From Patellaria atrata CBS 101060 (taxonomy: Eukaryota), in assembly GCA_010093705.1 (NCBI GenBank), contig MU006090.1, forward strand, positions 1 to 64,000: a stretch of 64,000 nt of DNA. Reading direction: 5' to 3'. Position 1 is the stretch's first letter; the number at the start of each line of letters is the position of its first letter. Position numbers and translations under genes: made by a program. The notes under the pieces were generated by a model. That model did no database searches. It saw only the letters and a list, made by a program, of their open reading frames with translations, and had not been told where the DNA came from. Positions 1-9,477 of the stretch are shown piece after piece.

Positions 1-26
1 GATTTCTACTATTGGGGGGGGGGTAA

Positions 27-298
27 TGTGACGACGTGTCACGATGCTGATCCCGTATTTCCTATGCTGAGTGTTTGGTTTATTTGCAAGAGATCTTTGC
101 CGGGTCGGACGCAGAAAAGATCTCTAAGCGCTGATTGGTTAAACGGAAGATAGTCGGGCCGAGGCTTGGCAAGGCGGGACTATTATATGCGGACATTCGG
201 CCCACGATATTATTGTTCCTTAACTTAATCTCCACACTTAGTAGTTAGTAATAGAGATAGTCAAAATACGATTACTACAGCTATACTACATTGTCACA
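27..298 (+). mobile_element. LTR of an LTR retrotransposon (family A, copy A1), probably a 3' LTR
   Basis: Starts TGTGAC (27) and ends GTCACA (298), a 6-bp terminal inverted repeat. Preceded by a G10 polypurine tract (14-23) plus TAA. Two more copies in the window. Confidence 0.8.
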
Positions 299-310
299 AA
301 TTTAATCTAG

Positions 311-582
311 TATAATAATGTAGTATAGCTATAGTAATCGTATTTTAACTATCTCTATTACTAATTACTAAGTATAGAGATTAAATTAAGGAATAATAAT
401 ATCGTGGGCCGAATATCTATATATAATAGTCCCGTCTTACTAAGCCTCGGCCCGATTATCTTCCGTTTAACTAATTAGCGCTTAAAGATCTTTTCCGCGT
501 CCGACCCGGTAAAGATCTTTTATAAATAAACTAAACACTTAGTATAGGAAATACGGGATTAGTATCGTGACACGTCGTTATA
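311..582 (-). mobile_element. Heavily RIP-mutated inverted solo LTR (family A, copy A2)
   Basis: Full-length reverse complement of 27-298 with many CA>TA and TG>TA changes (tgtgacaatg > tataataatg; gtcgtcaca > gtcgttata). Only 12 bp from A1. Confidence 0.85.
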
Positions 583-1089
583 ATAATTTACTAACTTCTT
601 AACTTCGGATAATACTTATAATAAGATAAGATATACTATATAGAAATAATATAATAAGTGAAGTTAAGTTTAAAACTATAATATCTAAATCTATAGATAA
701 GATTAATAGTAAGAATAACTATAAAGAATCTAAATATATAAGGGAAAGATTATTCTTAAATATTTATTATAACGGGAGTCTATACTTATCAAGATAGAAC
801 TAGATAAGTCTAGAAACGCGCCTAGCTTCTCACTTAACGTGGTCAACTATAAAGGTAGGTTTGGTAAAGTGATAGGATACGTATAATAAAGGCACTTCAA
901 GTTGTCGATACAACTTGCTAACTCCTTAACTTCGGGTACTGCTTATAATGAGACAAGACGTACTATATAGAAACAGTGTAACAAGTGAAGTCAAGTTTAA
1001 AACCGTAACATCCAAATCTATAGGTAAGATTGATAGTAAGAATAACTACGAAGAATCTAAATATATAAGGGAAAGACTATCCTTAAATA
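583..1089. repeat. Two tandem copies of LTR-like family B (truncated, strongly RIPed 583-762; longer copy ~766-1089)
   Basis: 583-762 aligns with ~910-1089 and differs mainly by C>T/G>A transitions. Ends tattataac...cttaaata fit RIPed TGTT...AACA termini. Confidence 0.6.
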
Positions 1090-1653
1090 TTCCTATCCTC
1101 TATAGTTAACTTGGTTACCTATACTCTAGTCGTTCCGGTCGTTGGTCGTTCTACGCGACTAGCACGACCAGCGACCACTATCTAGTCGTTTTAGTCGTTG
1201 GTCGTTCTACGCGACCAGCACGACTAGCGACCAACGTCTGGGTCACGTGATTCCTTATCACTCGTTTCATCCGCAGTTCTCCCGAGTGGTGTTCCTTTCT
1301 TCCCCTCACTCGTCGTCTACACGTTCCTATAACTTGTGGCCGTAACAATATTCTTATCCTCTATAGTTAATCTAGTTACCTATACTCTAGTTATTCTAGT
1401 TATTTAGTCGTTCGGTCGTTTCTCTCACGATTAAAACGTCTATACGTTTAAACGTCTAGGTCACGTGGTATCTCTTAGTCGTTCTAGTCGTTCGGTCGTT
1501 TAGTCGTTTCTCTCACGACCGAAACGTCCATACGTCTAAACGTCCAAGTCACGTGATTCGTTGTTACTCGTTTCCCCCGTAGTTCTCCCGAGTGGTCTTC
1601 CTCTCTTCCCCTCACTCGTTATCTACATGTTCCTATAACTTATGGCCGTAACA
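1088..1653. mobile_element. Two tandem solo-LTR-like copies (family C; 1088-1347 and 1349-1653)
   Basis: Both start tattc(c/t)tatcctctatagttaa (RIPed TGTT) and end cctataactt(g/a)tggccgtaaca. Both carry internal gtcgtt-rich sub-repeats. Confidence 0.7.
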
Positions 1654-2161
1654 CCTGACACTGGCCAGACCACCTAATCTTCTGTCATCGCAAATCCTTT
1701 AATGCCGGCCGTAAACTAGACCATCTCTCTCCTGCTTCTTGCGGTCAAGTGCGCATGCCTTGCTGCTAGATGTGTACTACACTGCGTCAGTAAACAGCCA
1801 ATCCGACACTCTCTACAGATTATAATGCCGTATCTTGATGCATAGTCGAAAAGCTGGTTGAACTAATCCATAATAATGATAACTCTAACTGATTTTCTTG
1901 CTAACTGCTCCGTAGAGGTATAATCGCTGGGAGAGAATACTTCTAGGGAGGCTTACTCTCCCCCTAGACTAGGAGATGGAGGTCCTTGGCAGTGCGCACG
2001 GATGGAAATTTGCCTTATCCAAAGAATTCCAACCTAATATATTAACATGATAGTCTAGCATCAAAAAACTAGCTAATAAACGAATCTAACTTTATTAGAA
2101 TATTCATCTAGGTCAATTGCACCCTTCTATCGGTTTGCATCGCAATATATCTGAAGATTTT

Positions 2162-2257
2162 GACCTTAAAACACTTTTGAAAGTAAGAAAGTGTTTTAAG
2201 CCCCCGGTTTTCAGAATCTTGGCGCCAAAAAAAAGTGTTTTAGACCTTAAAACACTT
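2162..2257. repeat. Cluster of short inverted/direct TAAAACACTT motifs, possible DNA-transposon end remnant
   Basis: CTTAAAACACTTT 2165-2177 / AAAGTGTTTTAAG 2188-2200 form a perfect 13-bp inverted repeat. Second inverted pair at 2233-2242 / 2248-2257. Confidence 0.45.
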
Positions 2258-2266
2258 AAGTATTGT

Positions 2267-2490
2267 AGTTAAGAACAATAATATCGTGGGCCGAATATCC
2301 GCACATAATAGTCCCGCCTTGCCAAGCCTCAGCCCGACTATCTTCCGTTTAACCAATCAGCGCTCAGAGATCTTTTCCGCGTTCGACCCGGCAAAGATCT
2401 CTTGCAAATAAACTAAACACTCAGCATAGGAAATACGGGATCAGCATCGTGACACGTCGTCACATTACCCCCCCCCCAATAGTAGAAATC
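2267..2490 (-). mobile_element. Truncated family A LTR (copy A3, 2267-2464) plus polypurine tract and flank
   Basis: Near-identical reverse complement of window 1-225, including the C10 tract (2468-2477) and agtagaaatc. Confidence 0.8.
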
Positions 2491-2785
2491 GGCCCCGATT
2501 TCCGTGGTGACGTTAGTAGCGTTCTATAACGCGATTAGTTCAAAACAGTGGTGAAAACAATGGTATGGAACGGTAGCTTGAGACAGAGCGTCAAACCGTA
2601 TTAAAACAGATCTCTGACGAGAGCACGGATCTGTGGTGTTTTATCTGTTCTCTTTCTGACCCAGTATCATTGTCAACTGTTCAGTATATAGTCCATATCT
2701 CTCTCAGTAGTTGCAAATCAAGCGATATATTCAGTGCACCTGCAGATCCAGTTTCCCTAACAGTATAGCATAAATTAAAGTATCT

Positions 2786-5700
2786 TTAAACCGTAATATC
2801 TACGTTTTCTGGTTGCCATTGATCCAGAATCGCAACCGATGATATTACGTATGGATGTTGAGGGCCGAGAATCTGTTTCTGTAGCTGAGAGCATTGTCTC
2901 ATTAATAAAATAGCATCGTCCTTACGGCCTTGAAGCTTAAACGTAAATGCGAGGTTGTTCATACTTGTCAGCGTGTCTGGATGCTCCTCCCCAAGCACCC
3001 TCTTTCTCGTCTCTATCACTTGCACCTCCAGCTCTTCGGCCTCCTTCCATCGCCCTTGATCCCAAAACGTCGACGCCAGGTTAGCCATGCTGGTCAGCGT
3101 GTCTGGATGCTCCTTCCCAAGCACCCTCTTGAACGTCTCCATCACTTGCACCTCCAGCTCTTCGGCCTCCTTCCATCGCCCTTGATTCCTGTACGTCGAT
3201 GCCAGGTTGGCNNNNNNNNNNNNNNNNNNNNNNNNNNNNNNNNNNNNNNNNNNNNNNNNNNNNNNNNNNNNNNNNNNNNNNNNNNNNNNNNNNNNNNNNN
3301 NNNNNNNNNNNNNNNNNNNNNNNNNNNNNNNNNNNNNNNNNNNNNNNNNNNNNNNNNNNNNNNNNNNNNNNNNNNNNNNNNNNNNNNNNNNNNNNNNNNN
3401 NNNNNNNNNNNNNNNNNNNNNNNNNNNNNNNNNNNNNNNNNNNNNNNNNNNNNNNNNNNNNNNNNNNNNNNNNNNNNNNNNNNNNNNNNNNNNNNNNNNN
3501 NNNNNNNNNNNNNNNNNNNNNNNNNNNNNNNNNNNNNNNNNNNNNNNNNNNNNNNNNNNNNNNNNNNNNNNNNNNNNNNNNNNNNNNNNNNNNNNNNNNN
3601 NNNNNNNNNNNNNNNNNNNNNNNNNNNNNNNNNNNNNNNNNNNNNNNNNNNNNNNNNNNNNNNNNNNNNNNNNNNNNNNNNNNNNNNNNNNNNNNNNNNN
3701 NNNNNNNNNNNNNNNNNNNNNNNNNNNNNNNNNNNNNNNNNNNNNNNNNNNNNNNNNNNNNNNNNNNNNNNNNNNNNNNNNNNNNNNNNNNNNNNNNNNN
3801 NNNNNNNNNNNNNNNNNNNNNNNNNNNNNNNNNNNNNNNNNNNNNNNNNNNNNNNNNNNNNNNNNNNNNNNNNNNNNNNNNNNNNNNNNNNNNNNNNNNN
3901 NNNNNNNNNNNNNNNNNNNNNNNNNNNNNNNNNNNNNNNNNNNNNNNNNNNNNNNNNNNNNNNNNNNNNNNNNNNNNNNNNNNNNNNNNNNNNNNNNNNN
4001 NNNNNNNNNNNNNNNNNNNNNNNNNNNNNNNNNNNNNNNNNNNNNNNNNNNNNNNCTTCGGCCTCCTTCCATCGCCCTTGATTCCTGTACGTCGACGCCA
4101 GGTTGGTCATGCTGGTCAGCGTGTCTAGATGCTCCTCCCCAAGCACCCTCTTTCTCGTCTCTATCACTTGCATAAACAGCTCTTCGGCCTCCTTCCATCG
4201 CCCTTGACTCCTGTACGTCGACGCCAGGTTGGCCATGCTGGTCAGCGTGGAAGGATGCTCCTCACCAAGCACCCTCTGACTCATCTCCATTGCTTGCACA
4301 AATAACTCTTCAGACTCGTTATACCGTCCATCACTATATAGCGTTATAGCATACTTCCATGCCAAGGTTGATCTATTCCCGATCTCTTGTTCAACGAGAC
4401 TATGTGATAAAGCGTATTTAGCATGCGGAAGTAATCGTCTCCACTTGCTTCTATTACCATGATCATGATCTGGGAACACCCTAAGCAGCCGTGTAATAGC
4501 ATTTCGGGTCCATTGGTCCAGCAACTCCTGCTTTCGAAGCCACTCCCGTAGAGCGCGATGTACTAGTTGGTGAAGATCAAGTGCGGATTCGGCAGGCCGC
4601 CTTACAATAAGCGCGTAGCTACTGAGAACTTTTATCGCATCTTCCCTTTCACGGAGCGACGATGCTTCCAGAAAATCCAGCGGGATGTCTTTTCGGTCTA
4701 CGCAGGCGGCAAGGAATAGATAGTCTGCTGCTAGCGTATCACTACGGTGGATCTGGTCCATGGAGACAAGTAGTGTGATAGCTATAAGACTTTTTATACC
4801 GTACTCCTGTAGCTTATCCTTAGACAATGCGCTGTCACGCTCGAGAGCTTCTTTCTTTCGCCTGACTAGTTGTGATCGGTACATCTGTAGCGTGACATTT
4901 CTGGTATTAATATAGGCTGCTGCTTGGACAATTGCTAAGGGAAGATATAATAGGTCTTGTAGTAAAAGCTTCGCCTCCTGCTGCTCACTTCTTAAAACCG
5001 GAGTATTTAAATAGTTTTCCAACGTCCTTTGGGCCATATCCGGTGCCATTTCCCCTAGCTTTACAATATTTTGCGATGCTAAACTCTTGGCTGTGTCACT
5101 GTTAGTTGTTGTGAAGATGATAGAACATAGTTCCGACTGTGGTAGGTAGTCGATCAAGTTGGCAGCTCGTGCCGTGGAGAACCCGCTGGACTCTAGAGTT
5201 ATATCCTCCGTGTTATCAAAAATTAGCAAACACTGCCTTGCATCCTTTCTACTTAGATGAAATTTTACCAACTGCATAATGTCTACCTTCTCATCGTCCC
5301 AACCAGGAATGTCGAGCTTTTGGGCAATACTTGTATACGATTGATAGAGACTATCCATGTCGCTTGCATCAACCCAGAAAACGGAGTAGTTCTTATTCTT
5401 TTGTCTTATTTTATACGCAAGCTCGAGCGCTAGCTGTGATTTGCCTACTCCTCCGGGTCCTACTATCGCTAAGGTTGTAGTTTGCTTGTCTCCTAGGAGC
5501 TTTGCTTCCAGTTCCGCGAGCTGTGACTCTCGACCCACGAAATGATCGTTTCGGGAAAACGGAATGATAGTTGGTGCGCCACCAGCTGCTTCCACTTCCA
5601 TCTGGAGTCTTCTTAATGCATTCTCCTTTCCTTCGCCATAGGAGGTACGCATAGAGACATCGAGAATTCCAAGAAGGCAGTATATATTATCTTCTTCTTC

Positions 5701-6309
5701 AGTTGTTTCGCGATTTCTGGCCCATTCCATTCGCTCGGATATAGTGAATTCGTCTAAGGAATGACCCCGTAATGCCTTAAGTGGAACGCCAGTAATTTCA
5801 CGTATCAGCGGTTCGAGAGATATTTTATCGCCTATCCGCCGTCCTTCACTGGAGAAGAACTCGACCGATACTGGAGCAATAAGTTCTTGAAGTGTCCAAC
5901 CTCGAGTAAACCATTCGCTTGCCCGGAAGGATACCTCCCAGGTACTTCGTTGGGGTATCTCTGTCGCAGTAGATACTGAAACATCCGACAGGAATACGTA
6001 GCATTTTGCCGCATTTCTATACCAACGAAACATCGAGTTGATCGCTTTCGAGCGCTCACGAAGGTTCCATTTATCAATACAACATGTGTCGATCCAGAAG
6101 TACTGCAGCTGATCCTGGGCCACCTGTTCGGCACAGAACTCAATCTTTCGATAACCATCCTTCTTTTTAAAGGTGTCGCTTCCTAGATCTTCGAAGAGAA
6201 CCTCGCCATCTCCCCATCTATGTGAAAGAATAGCATATGGCGGAATGCTCTTCCTGCCGAAGTCCGTCGAGATTAGTCCTCTAGAATAATCAAAGTGAAG
6301 AAGTCGCAT
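2786..6309 (-). CDS. Fungal NLR: HET domain + NB-ARC NTPase + TPR array (kinesin-light-chain-like); intronless, spans an assembly gap
   Basis: HET motifs YAILSHRW, WIDTCCIDK, INSMFRWY, WFTRGWTLQELIAP. Walker A GPGGVGKS, Walker B LLIFDN, YLPLAI. 42-aa repeats LGEEHPDTLTSMANLASTYRNQGRWKEAEEL on both sides of the gap. Stop at 2786. Confidence 0.92.
2940..4320 (-). repeat. Tandem 126-bp TPR-coding repeats; the middle is an N gap (3212-4055, 844 nt)
   Basis: Near-identical units (cttcggcctccttccatcgcccttga) recur at 126-bp spacing on both flanks of the gap. Confidence 0.9.
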
Positions 6310-6972
6310 CGCTATAACGGAAAACGTAAACGGTTCGGTGCAAGTGGTTGTTTAAAGCCGACCAAGATAGCGACTACGAATTATGGGGAACAATAGAAGC
6401 GGTTGATAGATTATAATAGCTAGGGACGGGGGTTACCTACCTATACTTGTTGACGCGACAGCCAAGTCTTCCGGTGAAGCGGAAACGGCATTATAAAGCT
6501 CACCAATAAAGTCTCTTTTTGTCGGCGTGCTACTTAGAGAATGAGACAAGGAACGCTCTATTATAATATTTGCATTGCTTCTAGCGACTTGATTAAAGCA
6601 GAGTGTGCTAAACGAATATAACTTGCTTCATCGGTACCAGACCACGGAGGCTGAGCCCGTTTAAGGCCTTCGCGTATACTGCCTCGACCGCTGCCTTCAT
6701 AGCCGGTCCGAAAGCGTCGGAATTCATGATTGAATACACTCAGGTATGAGCTAAGGTAGTAGGTAGAAGGGAAAGAGTGTTCAATTGTTATCCACTATCT
6801 GGAGTGGGTGCCTGTGCCTATCTTATAGTATTGCCTGCTCAACCACCTCACTTATCCTGGTCCCCAACCATCTGATATCCAGCCATGTGATATCCAGCCC
6901 CCTTGCGTGACCCTCAATTTCACCAACGTGCAATTCTCAGCAATTCCTTTCTCCTATACTAATGCTAGTTTT

Positions 6973-8919
6973 CTATATTCCCCTCCCGCGAAGATCTCTT
7001 AACATCATCTCTGCTGCCCTTTCTGCAATTGCATAAACAGTAGCGCTCAAATGCCCGCTAATCTGCCCAGGAATTACCGACGCATCTACGACGCGTACGT
7101 TCTGGGTCCCATATACCCTTAGCTCCGTATCGACTACACCTCCAAGCTCCCGAGCAGCAAGCGAGAGAATACCTAAGGGGTGCGCGTTGGGTGTATCTAC
7201 AGGATATGAGCTTTTCATTCAAGCACAGTACAGTGGCATCATTCGTCAGGGAATGTAAGCAAAAGGAGTAGATAGAATACGCACAACTTGATTTCAACCA
7301 ATTCATCCACACTGAGCTATTTGCGTTAAGTGGAACAGCACCTAATCCGGGGATTAGCTCTTTCCCAACATATTCCGCAATGGGATTCGTAGAGAACACT
7401 CTTCTCCCCAACTTAGCCAGCGCAACCAGGATATCCTTATCGAACTCTAGCATCAAAAATCTGGGGTCTATATCAGGTGCAGCTGTGGCTGTACGGGAGG
7501 CTACATGCACACTTCCCCGTGAGAAGGGTAGGAGAGGCCAAAAGGCGATGCCGATTCCACTTGGCATGGGAACCGTTATCAGTTCGCCGATGGTGACGTT
7601 ATGCTTAAATATTAGATCAGCTTGAAGCGAGTATATACGCTCCAAAGCTTCTGGATCAACGACCCGATTGGATGCAGCAGATATAGAAGCGGCGTATCCT
7701 TTGATCGCGGCACGCAACCTCGCCTCTTCGTCAGTAATGGCGGCGCCGAAGAGATCCGCAGCGGTCACGAAGGTGCAATACGCTGACTCTCCCGAAAACG
7801 ACACATTGGTGCTAGCCAGAATGAAGACGTTCGGCTGGTCCTGCAACCCTTCCCCTACTGCCGGAAGAGGGACTTTGGGGGGGATGCCATGCTTACGTAG
7901 AAGGCGGGGATCCCCTATACCACTGTGTTCGAGAAGGGAAGAAGAACGAATAGATCCCGCAGCGAGGATGACTTCTTGGATTGCAGTAAGGGTTGTCGTG
8001 GAGTTGTTAGAGAGTAGGACTTCCACGCCGGATGCTATAGCCCTACTACTGACAGAGGAGGAGATATTGGCCCACTTTAGCCGTAGCGCGAGTGTATTGG
8101 TGTACACTTTGAGGTTCGGTCTTCCAGCGATAGGGTAGAAATAAGCGCGTGCTGCGTCTTCGCGAATATCCAATGTCTTGTCAACCGTCGAGGGCCAGAT
8201 GTACAAACCGTGGGTACGTCCATTATTGGCATCGTGATTGTAGGGAATCTTTAGGTTGGCCCAGGTCCGATTGACCATGATGAAAATTTCTTGAGCCATA
8301 AGATGGTTGTTCCAGCCAATATTAACGGGCCCTTTGACACCGTGCGCTGCCGGGTCGAACGTTGCCCCTTTGTCTTCGTCATTATGGCTGGGGAACTGAA
8401 AGGTCTCACTCCGACGGTAGTAAGGAATGAGGGCTCTCCAGTTCCAGTTAGGACTCCCTAAGGATTCCCATGAATCGATTTGAGCAGCGTCGGCGCGGAT
8501 ATATGTCATGCCTAGGATGGTTTGAAATTAAAAACGCAACAGAATTCTATATGTTCCGACAAACCATTGATAGTACTGGTGCCCCCAAGAGCTTTTCCAG
8601 CGTTGTATGTTAGAATCCTATCGTTCGTATAGATCTGAGGTACAGTTCTATATTGCCAATCAATTGAGGAGTTCAGAGCTTGCCCAAAGCCTTGAGTAGA
8701 AGTCACATTAGGGTTATCAAAAACAGAATGTCCCGCCTCGACAACGGCGACGGAAATGAACGGTATTCGGGAGAGTCGGCTAGCAATTACAAGTCCTGCC
8801 GTACCTCCTCCAACGATTATATAGTCGAAAACATTGTCTCCATGATTCGGATGGTGACAGGAGACATATGAGCAAAGATAAAAGAACAGCGCGAGAAGGG
8901 GAAATGAAGGTGCCATCAT
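6973..8919 (-). CDS. Secreted GMC oxidoreductase (AA3_2; glucose oxidase/dehydrogenase-like); exons 8919-8565, 8511-7285, 7196-6973
   Basis: Signal peptide, FAD motif DYIIVGGGTAG, GKALGGTSTINGM, ILAAGSIRS, catalytic His pair NAHPLG / GHLSATVY, RVVDAS. GT-AG introns join the frames. Confidence 0.9.
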
Positions 8920-9477
8920 GAAGCAAACCCTACGGAAATATTTTTCTATATCAGCAATGACTTAAGATCAAGAGGCTTCTACATGCTTCTGCTCGCTCAC
9001 GTTATTGTTGATCGAAGTTGGTAGAGTACAATACGGGGGATGCAGAGAACATAAATGCGGAGAACCTAGTTGGCGATCATGAACTGAAGATCCAACAACA
9101 AGCTTGAGGATTTGGAGTCTCAAGGCTAACTCTGAATGTAAACCTACCTTATTAGGCCGACCGCCAGCGGACGACGAATATCAAGAGACAAGCCATGTTC
9201 ATTCCTATGAGAAGTTGAATATTGCTTAAGTTCGATGTTGATGATCGAAAATTGAAAGGTGTGAGAAAGACTGAAGTTATCCCACCACGTTCAACCCTTC
9301 CGCGAGAGGCACCATTATATGTACTCACCGACGAGGTATCATGGCCGAATCGCAAAGTGAAAGATGCATAATCATATCCGTATCGTATTATCATATCATA
9401 ATCACATCACCATATAAGTACCCAACCATCCCAAGCCCCATGAAAAAACACCCCAACACCAAGGCAAATGACAACTC

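Noticed and set aside
2930..4198. Several long ORFs running through the N gap on both strands, and an apparent frameshift in the NLR
   Set aside because: Artefacts of the 844 Ns, whose length is only an estimate. One TPR reading frame explains both flanks.
2940..4320. Regularly spaced repeats resembling a CRISPR array
   Set aside because: Eukaryotic DNA; these are 126-bp protein-coding tandem units without unique spacers.
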